DNA from: Rickettsiales bacterium
Lineage (GTDB): Bacteria; Pseudomonadota; Alphaproteobacteria; Rs-D84; CACZYB01
Direction: 5' to 3'
DNA length: 62,581 nt
NCBI GenBank assembly: GCA_031263095.1
Contig: JAISGI010000036.1
Coordinates: 1-62,581 of the forward strand
How positions within the stretch are numbered: the first letter of the stretch is position 1; each line of letters starts with the position of its first letter. The notes beneath the pieces are model-generated. The model was not told where the DNA came from and did no database searches. It saw nothing but the letters and a program-made list of their open reading frames with translations. Position numbers and translations under genes: made by a program. Shown here piece by piece: positions 25,616 through 32,382 of this stretch.

Positions 25616-26902
25616 ATGAAAGCTCTCAAATTCCTGCTGTTGCTTACCTTTTTCTCCTCCTGCGAGGACACGGGCGAATACGTGGTCGAATATACGCAGA
25701 TACAGCCGGGGAGTCCCGCCGCGCCCGCCCAGCGCCCCGTGCCCAAGGTGCCTGTCGTCCCGATATACGAGCGTAAAATCCCGCGCACGTTCGAGAATGT
25801 TGAGAAGTTCAATCTGGAAATCGAGGCGCGCTGCCGCGTTGATTGGGCAAGCCAGCACCTGATCTCGTCCGAGCCGTTCTCACGCGATAGCTTCAAGCTC
25901 GAGCGTACGGACAAGGGCGATCCCCTGCCCACGCTGAATGTGGAAAACCTGTCGTTCAAGGACAAGACCGCGTCCGAGGTAATGGGTATGCTTCTCAAGA
26001 ATACCGGTATCCGCCTGAACGCAACCGATATATTTACCAAAAGGCTTGAGGCAACGGGCATCGGAGGCAACCTGGCCCAAGTCCTCGACCTCGTAGCCTC
26101 AATGGGCAGCGTATATTATACATACGACAGTCGCACGAAAAGCCTCGAACTGAAGCGCCACGCGTCTTTCAATCTTCAGGTGCCCCTTTCGGACGAGGCT
26201 GTCTTGGCGGTCGAAGACGCACTCCGCGGCGCCGACATCGACGGTATAGTTGTGGACTGGGAGGATAGGACGCTGATATTTAACGGCGATTCGGTGGTCG
26301 AGGATAGGGCAAGGAACACCATAGCCAAACTCTCGCTAGAGAATTATCTGATAGCCTACGACGTCAACGTCTTCCGCGCCTATCCCAAAACCGGCGGGTC
26401 GATAGAGTGGCAGCATATCCTGAAAGCGTTCGATAAAGGCTCGGTCAAGCTCTCGCAAAAGGGGGTCATCGGCCGCGCGCTGGTCGTGGGGCCTAACTTC
26501 AACGCAAGCTCGCTGGCCGAGTTTTTGTACCCTAGGGCCGACACAGCGCTAATCTCCGCCGGAACGTTCGTTATGCCAGAACGGTGGCAGGGCCGCTTCG
26601 ACATAGGGCGCTGCACGCGCGATGTCGAGTACGAGACCGACTTGGGCGTACTGGCCGAGGCTCGCTTTACCGCAGACAAGGATACGGTCGGACGCATAGA
26701 CGCGACAGTGGTGCTAAGGACTGCCGCCGGAGACATAGCCAAATATTCCACCCCCGTGCGCCTCGGCAACAACATACTGATAATCGGAATCCCGACCCAG
26801 TACTTCGCGTCCGGCACTACAACCGAGCTTCCCCCGACGACCGAACTTATAGTCCTGATAAGCCCGCGCATAATCCGCATAGTAAAGCCGGAGGCTAAAT
26901 GA
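25616..26902 (+). CDS. secretin-family-like outer-membrane lipoprotein
   Basis: Lipobox LTFFSSC. An N0-like segment (NLSFKDKTASEVMGMLLKNTGIRLNATD) is followed by an N1-like segment (LQVPLSDEAVLAVEDALRG..IVVDWEDRTLIFNGD). The C-terminal tail TELIVLISPRIIRIV is typical of secretins. Confidence 0.55.
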   Translation: MKALKFLLLLTFFSSCEDTGEYVVEYTQIQPGSPAAPAQRPVPKVPVVPIYERKIPRTFENVEKFNLEIEARCRVDWASQHLISSEPFSRDSFKLERTDKGDPLPTLNVENLSFKDKTASEVMGMLLKNTGIRLNATDIFTKRLEATGIGGNLAQVLDLVASMGSVYYTYDSRTKSLELKRHASFNLQVPLSDEAVLAVEDALRGADIDGIVVDWEDRTLIFNGDSVVEDRARNTIAKLSLENYLIAYDVNVFRAYPKTGGSIEWQHILKAFDKGSVKLSQKGVIGRALVVGPNFNASSLAEFLYPRADTALISAGTFVMPERWQGRFDIGRCTRDVEYETDLGVLAEARFTADKDTVGRIDATVVLRTAAGDIAKYSTPVRLGNNILIIGIPTQYFASGTTTELPPTTELIVLISPRIIRIVKPEAK

Positions 26903-28146
26903 GCTTCGAATCCCTAGTCGCTTTCAAGTACCTCAAATCCAAACGCAAGGACGGGTTTATCTCGATAATAACCTGGCTCTCGCTTATAGGCATAATGCTT
27001 GGCGTCGCGACATTGGTGATAGTGATGTCCGTAATGAACGGCTTCCGCGAGGAGATGATGGCCAAGATAATGGGCATGAACGGCCACGTGATTGTCATGC
27101 CAAAGTACGGCAAGGTCTCCATGCCGGAGTATAAGGAAATCAAGGCAAAAATAGAAAGTCTGCTGCCCTCCCACATCTCCCAACCTCCGGTTCCTATGGT
27201 CGAGGCGCAGGTAATGGTAAGCAGCGCTAACGCCTCCGGCGGCGCGATTATGCGCGGCATTGCGCTTGACGATATGGCCTCCATAAAACCCTTGGCCAAG
27301 GGACTGCTCGAAACCAACATTTCCCAAATCACCGCGGACGAGGTGCTGATAGGCTACCAGCTCGGCAACAAGCTTGGCCTCCTCGCCGGTGACAACATAA
27401 CCATAACCTCGCCAAGGGGGAACCAGACCGCGTTCGGCACCATCCCGCGCATGAAAGCCTTCGCCATAGGAGCAACGTTCAAAAGCGGCATGTCCATATA
27501 CGACAGCACATTCGTCTTCGCACCATTGGCGCTTATGCAGAACTTCCTCGACATGGAGGGCAAGGTCTCCCATATCGAGGTGTTCCTGAAGAACCCCGAC
27601 GCCTCACGCACCGCCGCACAAGCGTTGGCAGCTAACCTCCCCGGCTATCGGCTCTATACCTGGCAGGAGCAAAACTCAAGCTTTGTAAGCGCCCTGAACG
27701 TCGAGCGCAACGTCATGTTCATAATTCTGACGCTTATAATCTTGGTCGCAAGCTTCAATATAATCTCAAGCCTTGTCATGCTGGTCAAGGACAAGTCAAG
27801 GGACATAGCCGTCTTCCGCACTCTCGGCGCCACGCGCGGCTCGGTAATGCGGATATTCATAATCGCAGGCGGAGCCATAGGCGTTGCGGGCACAATCCTA
27901 GGCCTCTCCTTGGGCCTTGTGGTAAGCTATAATATAGAGTGGGTACGCCAGCTTTTCCAAACCCTGACCGGCACGAAATTGTTCCCCGACGACGTGTACT
28001 TCCTCTCCGAACTGCCAAGCCGCGTCGACTACGCCGAGGTCATGGGCGTCGGCGCCATGTCACTCTTGATTTCGTTCTTGGCCACAATCTACCCATCCCG
28101 CAAAGCCGCGAAACTCCTGCCCGTGGAGGTGCTTAGATATGAGTAG
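26899..28146 (+). CDS. lolE: lipoprotein-releasing ABC transporter permease (LolC/LolE family)
   Basis: N-terminus FESLVAFKYLKSKRK.GFISIITWLSLIGIMLGVA, a periplasmic MacB-like domain, and a C-terminal FtsX-type transmembrane bundle. ATGA overlap with the upstream gene. Confidence 0.9.
   Translation: MSFESLVAFKYLKSKRKDGFISIITWLSLIGIMLGVATLVIVMSVMNGFREEMMAKIMGMNGHVIVMPKYGKVSMPEYKEIKAKIESLLPSHISQPPVPMVEAQVMVSSANASGGAIMRGIALDDMASIKPLAKGLLETNISQITADEVLIGYQLGNKLGLLAGDNITITSPRGNQTAFGTIPRMKAFAIGATFKSGMSIYDSTFVFAPLALMQNFLDMEGKVSHIEVFLKNPDASRTAAQALAANLPGYRLYTWQEQNSSFVSALNVERNVMFIILTLIILVASFNIISSLVMLVKDKSRDIAVFRTLGATRGSVMRIFIIAGGAIGVAGTILGLSLGLVVSYNIEWVRQLFQTLTGTKLFPDDVYFLSELPSRVDYAEVMGVGAMSLLISFLATIYPSRKAAKLLPVEVLRYE
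28123..28145 (+). repeat. 23-bp direct repeat, copy 1 (lolE 3' end)
   Basis: GTGGAGGTGCTTAGATATGAGTA is identical to 28265-28287. Confidence 0.95.
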
Positions 28147-28173
28147 CTCCAAGCAAACCATACAAAACAAGCC

Positions 28174-28258
28174 GTGCGAAACCTGCGGCGTGTACGTAGG
28201 TTTCGCACACCTATTCCCCACTCGAAAAAGCGAGCACAGCGCTGATTTTTCGATTGAG
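28174..28258. repeat. bipartite hairpin element, copy E7, inserted between lolE and lolD
   Basis: The first hairpin is GTGCGAAACCT-N13-AGGTTTCGCAC, with no flanking T-run. The linker is ACCTATTCCCCAC. The second hairpin is TCGAAAAA-N16-TTTTTCGA, followed by TTGAG. Confidence 0.75.
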
Positions 28259-28264
28259 TATTCA

Positions 28265-28287
28265 GTGGAGGTGCTTAGATATGAGTA
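28265..28287 (+). repeat. 23-bp direct repeat, copy 2 (lolD start region)
   Basis: GTGGAGGTGCTTAGATATGAGTA. It contains the lolD ATG at 28281. Confidence 0.95.
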
Positions 28288-28964
28288 ATATATTGGAGCT
28301 CCGCGGTATCCACAAATCCTTCGGCAAAGGCGAGTCCAAGGCGACAATCCTCGACAACGCCTCGCTCGAGCTGAAACAGGGTGAAGCCGTGGCGCTTACG
28401 GGCCCAAGCGGCTCCGGCAAGTCGACGCTCCTCTACATAGCAGGCCTGCTCGACAACGCGGACAAGGGCGACATTATAATAGACGGCGCCGACTGCGCCA
28501 AGCTTGACGATACCGCCCGCACGCTCCTAAGGCGCGAGAAGCTGGGCTTCGTGTACCAACAGCATAACCTTTTCGCGGATTTCACCGCGCTCGAGAATGT
28601 GGCCATCCCGCTGATGATAGCCGGACGCCCGCACGAGGAGGCGCGCGCCACAGCCGCCAAATACCTTAAAAAACTTGGGCTCTCCCACCGCGAGAATGGC
28701 CGCGCTACCGAGCTTTCCGGCGGCGAAGCGCAAAGGGTGGCCATAGCCCGCGCGCTTGTCTTGAAACCCAAAATTCTGCTTGCGGACGAGCCGACGGGAA
28801 ACCTCGACCCCAAGAACTCCGAACACGTCTTCGAAATGCTCATATCCCTTGCAAACGAGGAGGGAATGGCAGCGCTTGTGGCGACCCATAACCCCACGCT
28901 TGCAAAGCGCCTCGCCCGCCAGGTCTCGGTCATAAACGGCAGACTAAGCGCCGCCAAACAATAA
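28281..28964 (+). CDS. lolD: lipoprotein-releasing ABC transporter ATP-binding protein
   Basis: Walker A GPSGSGKST, ABC signature LSGGEAQRVAIARAL, Walker B ILLADEPTGNLD. Confidence 0.92.
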   Translation: MSNILELRGIHKSFGKGESKATILDNASLELKQGEAVALTGPSGSGKSTLLYIAGLLDNADKGDIIIDGADCAKLDDTARTLLRREKLGFVYQQHNLFADFTALENVAIPLMIAGRPHEEARATAAKYLKKLGLSHRENGRATELSGGEAQRVAIARALVLKPKILLADEPTGNLDPKNSEHVFEMLISLANEEGMAALVATHNPTLAKRLARQVSVINGRLSAAKQ

Positions 28965-29043
28965 TTTCAATTGAGTTATTATGCTTGATTTTCAAGCGAT
29001 AAATGGATACAATACCCAAAAATCCTACTAATGAGGTGCCAAA

Positions 29044-29616
29044 GTGTCCAAGGAAAACGCGAACCTGATAAGGCCCGGCTGGGTAATCCGCAACAACGGC
29101 AAGCAATATACCGTCATGAACATACAGATAGTCCAGCCCGGCAAGGGCGGGGCGTTCATACAGGTCGAAATGCGAGACCTTGAAACCGGCCTTAAAACCT
29201 CCGAACGCTGGCGCACCGCCGACACGGTCGAGAAGCTCCTGGCCGAGGACAAGGACTTCCAGTTCCTATATAACGAGGGCGCGGGCGCCGTCTTCATGGA
29301 CTCCGAAACGTTCGAGCAGATAACAGTCGCAACCGACATCATCGGCGACGACCGGGCCAAGCTCTTGAGCGACGGAATGATAGTCGTCATAAGCTTTGTC
29401 GAGGGCCGCCCCGTCTCGGTCAAACTGCCCAAGAACGCAACCGTCAAAGTGGCCGAAACCGAACCGGTCGTCAAGGGCCAGACAGCCACGGGAAGCTTCA
29501 AGCCCGCCATGACCGAGAACGGCATCCGCGTCATGGTGCCGCAGTTCATCGACGCCGGAGACGAGCTTGTCATCTCCACCGACGATTTGAGCTACATCGA
29601 ACGCGCGAAAAAATAG
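29044..29616 (+). CDS. efp: elongation factor P (GTG start)
   Basis: IRPGWVIRNNGKQYTV.N.Q.VQPGKGGAFIQVEMRDL.TG matches EF-P. Confidence 0.95.
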   Translation: MSKENANLIRPGWVIRNNGKQYTVMNIQIVQPGKGGAFIQVEMRDLETGLKTSERWRTADTVEKLLAEDKDFQFLYNEGAGAVFMDSETFEQITVATDIIGDDRAKLLSDGMIVVISFVEGRPVSVKLPKNATVKVAETEPVVKGQTATGSFKPAMTENGIRVMVPQFIDAGDELVISTDDLSYIERAKK

Positions 29617-29647
29617 GTTTTTGTTTTTCATTTTTTTCTCCATTTCA

Positions 29648-30021
29648 GTACCCACGCTTGAGGCAAAGGGTAGATAAGTGCTACCAGAGGGAATCCTGGA
29701 ACGGGTAATTGGTTCCGGGAAAGCCAAAGGCGCCAGCCGCGGAAATTCTTTCGGGAAGAAGTCCGCGTAAAGGTTTAGTCCACAAGGACAAGGGTAAGCA
29801 TGCGCAAACCCTAACCAAGTCGCCCCTTGGGAGGTGACGAAGCCGCCCTTCGGCCAAAAGAATGCGAGTCGCATCCAGCTGGAGCCTCCGCCTGGCGACT
29901 CTCTACCGAGAGCCACTATTTTACGGTCTGGGAGGCGTAAAACCCTCTTATTCAAGGAGGGAGTAGAAAGACAGCAATAGCACTGTAGTATAAACCTTTT
30001 CGCCTGAAGCAGTGTGGGTAC
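29648..30021. ncRNA. candidate large structured RNA (~375 nt) of unknown class; strand unresolved
   Basis: The ends can pair: GTACCCACGCTTGAGGC (29648-29664) with GCCTGAAGCaGTGTGGGTAC (30002-30021). At least 10 compact internal hairpins are enclosed, for example GGTAG/CTACC, CGCGGA/TCCGCG, CTCTC-tacc-GAGAG, TTTTACG/CGTAAAA and CCCTC/GAGGG. The track ORF 29266..29955(-) has no credible protein features. Confidence 0.4.
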
Positions 30022-30087
30022 ACTTTCCTTCGCTTTTCTAAAGCTGACATACTATATAGCACAAACATAGAACAATGTCAAGAGAAA

Positions 30088-30259
30088 AATAAATCCTCTG
30101 TCATCCCTGCACTCACCTTGTCATCCCCGCACGCACTTTTGTCATTCCCGCACCTCCTCTTGTCATCCCCGCGCAGGCGGAAATCCGGTTGCCAACAGTG
30201 CCTGAATATTTAGAATAAGCAATCGGATTTCCGCCTCCGCGGAAATGACAATAAATCCT
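30088..30259. mobile_element. MITE-like element with 10-bp target-site duplication, TGTCAT...ATGACA termini and a reiterated left end
   Basis: The element is flanked by AATAAATCCT at 30088-30097 and again at 30250-30259. The inverted repeat is GTCATCCCCGCGCAGGCGGAAATCCG (30162-30187) against CGGATTTCCGCCTCCGCGGAAATGAC (30224-30249), 23 of 26 matching. The left end is repeated four times (TGTCATCCCYGCRC at 30099, 30119, 30140 and 30161). Confidence 0.6.
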
Positions 30260-30299
30260 TAAATGCCCTGGCTTTTTTTGTTGCCAATATTCCCAACCC

Positions 30300-30461
30300 C
30301 TGCTATTATATCCCCGTGGCGAAGAGATTCGCCGCTGAGGATATCAACCTCTTAGCTAAAGACTCCAGCCTAGGCTGGAGGGTGGGAAATATATTGAATA
30401 CCCGCGCTATTCTAGCTAATAGTTTGATACCTCCAGCCGTTTCAGTAAGAGCGGCTTTTTT
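30300..30461 (+). ncRNA. candidate structured cis-regulatory element or sRNA ending in a terminator
   Basis: GAGGATATCAA (30337-30347) pairs with TTGATACCTC (30424-30433). An inner hairpin is CTCCAGCC-tag-GCTGGAG. The terminator is AGCCG-N12-CGGCT followed by T5 (30435-30461). Confidence 0.3.
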
Positions 30462-30573
30462 GGTTGGAGAGCGGAGGAATACCCAATACTCCGCAGGCCG
30501 CCCACAATCGGCTCAAAAAAACCTCCAACCCTCTATGGGTCGGCATCCCTGTAAAATGCCGACCCTTTATTTT
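30462..30573 (+). ncRNA. candidate small RNA with a strong terminator
   Basis: GGTTGGAG (30462-30469) pairs with CTCCAACC (30523-30530) and encloses the hairpin GCGGAG-N12-CTCCGC. The terminator is GGGTCGGCAT-N9-ATGCCGACCC followed by TTTATTTT (30537-30573). Confidence 0.35.
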
Positions 30574-30603
30574 AGACAATTTCCCATTTTCCGCAAATAA
30601 CTA

Positions 30604-30632
30604 TTGACAAAATCGTTGCCGTACCCTATATT
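30604..30632 (+). promoter_or_regulatory. sigma70-type promoter of the gene starting at 30655
   Basis: TTGACA, 17-nt spacer, TATATT. Confidence 0.6.
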
Positions 30633-30654
30633 TTGTCTAAACAAGAGGGGTAAA

Positions 30655-31188
30655 ATGAAAAAACTGGTATTCGTCATAGCCTTGTGCCTGTTCCCGACTG
30701 CCCTGCAAGCCGAACCGCCGGCCACCCAGCCGGTCTCTTTCGGGTGGGAGCTCTCGCCAAGCTACTATAGCCTCAAGCAGACCGGGGTCAAGAACGTGGG
30801 CGACCTCGAAACCGTGTATTTGTCCGAACACGTGAACACTTTCGGCGCTTTCATCGGCCTCGACGTCAAGTTTTACGGCATGTTCAGGATTTTCACAAGT
30901 ATCGAAACGTTCGAGGACTACGGCGGCGGCGGCTTCATGCCGTACGAGGGAATCTACGCTTTCGGAGCCGAGTTCAAATGGCGAAATATCGTCCTCGGCG
31001 CCGCGCACGACTGCACCCACCCGATAATAAGTGCGGCCCAAGGCAACGGCCGCAACTTCACGAACAGCCGGCAAAGCATAAGCGCGCAAACCTCGACTTT
31101 CGCGGGCGCCTCCTCGGATGACGCATTGTACAAGGAGGGCGCCAACACCCGCATCTACGTCCGCATCCGCGGCGGATTTGGGTGGTAG
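30655..31188 (+). CDS. secreted / outer-membrane hypothetical protein
   Basis: Signal peptide MKKLVFVIALCLFPTALQA, beta-rich sequence, aromatic C-terminus ..IRGGFGW. Confidence 0.6.
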   Translation: MKKLVFVIALCLFPTALQAEPPATQPVSFGWELSPSYYSLKQTGVKNVGDLETVYLSEHVNTFGAFIGLDVKFYGMFRIFTSIETFEDYGGGGFMPYEGIYAFGAEFKWRNIVLGAAHDCTHPIISAAQGNGRNFTNSRQSISAQTSTFAGASSDDALYKEGANTRIYVRIRGGFGW

Positions 31189-31200
31189 CGCCCCGTATGG

Positions 31201-32329
31201 CTATTGTATCGCCCTGACGGCATTTACGCACTCGTCGATTTCCTTGAAAAGCTTGTCCACCTCAAGCATGCCGACAACGCCCGCCGCGCCCGAGGCAAGT
31301 CCGCCGACCGCCGCCACGCCCGAGGTTATCATTCCCCCGACGCCCGAGCCAAGCTTGCCTATGCCCTTTGCTTCCTGATGGGCGAGCTTGCTCTTGACCT
31401 CGGCATCGGCCAAGGCATAGTTCTTGCCGCGATTATAATCCGCGTCTTGCAGATACTTCGCATACGCGTCATCGTCCCAAGTCCACGAAGCCATGTCCAC
31501 CGCCAGTCTCGAGTTGTCGTTGTAAGTAGCTATCAGGTTGCCCAAGGTCGAGCCATAAAGCACCGGCTTGTCGCTCGTGCAGGTGGTGGAAGCAATGGGC
31601 GCGAACTTGACGGAGGTCTCGGTAAAGGTTATGTCATCGGACGAGCAGCCCTCTATGCTGTCGTGCGCGTCGAGTATCTGGGCGGCAAGCTCGACTTGGT
31701 CGTCAAGAAGACTGTCCATATCCCTGTCTATGTCCGCTTTACTTTTGTAGTTGGCCATTACCGCGCCCTTCATTGTTTCGGGAAGCGAACCGAGCGCCGC
31801 GCCCATATCGGCGTTGTTGCCCTCTTTTATGAAAGCGTCCTCTCTGGCAATCGAGGCTTTCGCATGCTCCTCTTTCGCCTTTTTAAGATCGCTCGAGTTT
31901 TTAATCTGCCCGGCAAGGTTCAGGCCGCCGCCGATAAGGGACGCCGCACCGCCGCCTATTGAAAAGCCAAGCGCAACCTGAAGCGTCTGCTTGTCGCGTA
32001 TTTTCCCGCACGCGGTTTTCGCTTTGTTGATAAGGGCCCAAGTCTCCGCGCCCGCACCCACGCTTGCAACGGCTATTCCGACATCCCCGGCCGGAGCTTC
32101 GTAGGTCGAAGCCACAGGCTCCGCCGCAACGCTTTCCGCCGTGGGAACAGCCGCAGGATTGTTGTGTATAGCGCCGCCGCCGGCTGCAACCGCGCCACTG
32201 GAGCGCCTGGAAACAGGAGCCTTTGGCCGGTTGTCCCGCCTCTGCGCTCCGGCTTCACCGCCGATTGCCGAGATTAAAACTAAAAGGGAAAGACTATACG
32301 CCCCCCCCCGTGCACAGTTTGTTCGTCAT
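31201..32329 (-). CDS. family-B secreted glycine-zipper / coiled-coil protein, copy B1; phase-variable, OFF at G9
   Basis: ATG ACG AAC AAA CTG TGC ACG-G9 reads MTNKLCTGGGV-stop. At G8 it reads MTNKLCTGGAYSLSLLVLISAIGGEAGAQRR... and joins track ORF 31201..32115. It is paralogous to the gene at 39461..40588: both have the ACGKI motif, Gly-zipper segments, and a C-terminal ..EIDEC..A.. tail. Confidence 0.7.
32301..32309 (-). repeat. poly-G tract (G9 on the coding strand) in the 5' codons of B1
   Basis: C9 counted on the + strand. Confidence 0.95.
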
Positions 32330-32382
32330 CGTCTTCTCCTTTTCATTAGACTAGGATATTATACCACAAAAACGTCCGTGAG

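Noticed and set aside
23002-26902. Interpreting the XRE regulator plus secretin-like gene as an integrated filamentous phage or prophage remnant.
   Set aside because: The window contains no Zot-like assembly ATPase, replication initiator, coat proteins, integrase or att-like repeats. The operon also continues directly into lolE-lolD.
29266-29955. Track ORF 29266..29955(-), 229 aa, and ORF 30316..30600(+), 94 aa, in the region after efp.
   Set aside because: Neither has an SD or start context. Both have odd composition. The first overlaps efp antisense and both run through obvious hairpins and terminators. The region is better explained as non-coding.
29648-30021. Identity of the structured element as RNase P RNA, tmRNA (one-piece or two-piece), SRP/6S RNA or a cobalamin riboswitch.
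   Set aside because: I could not find GGAAAGUCCGG with a matching P4 partner, a tRNA-like acceptor/T-arm (GGUUCGA..CCACCA), a tag ORF, or an ordered B12-box on either strand. The class is left open.
30099-30175. The four 20-21-bp direct repeats as a CRISPR array.
   Set aside because: The spacers between repeat cores are only 6-7 nt, no cas genes are present, and the repeats equal the terminal inverted repeat of the adjacent MITE-like element.
30300-30461. TPP riboswitch call.
   Set aside because: Only fragments resemble the consensus (GCUGAG, CUGGAG, GGGAA). The ACCUGAUCUGGAUAAUGCCAGCG core is absent, and no thiamine gene lies downstream.
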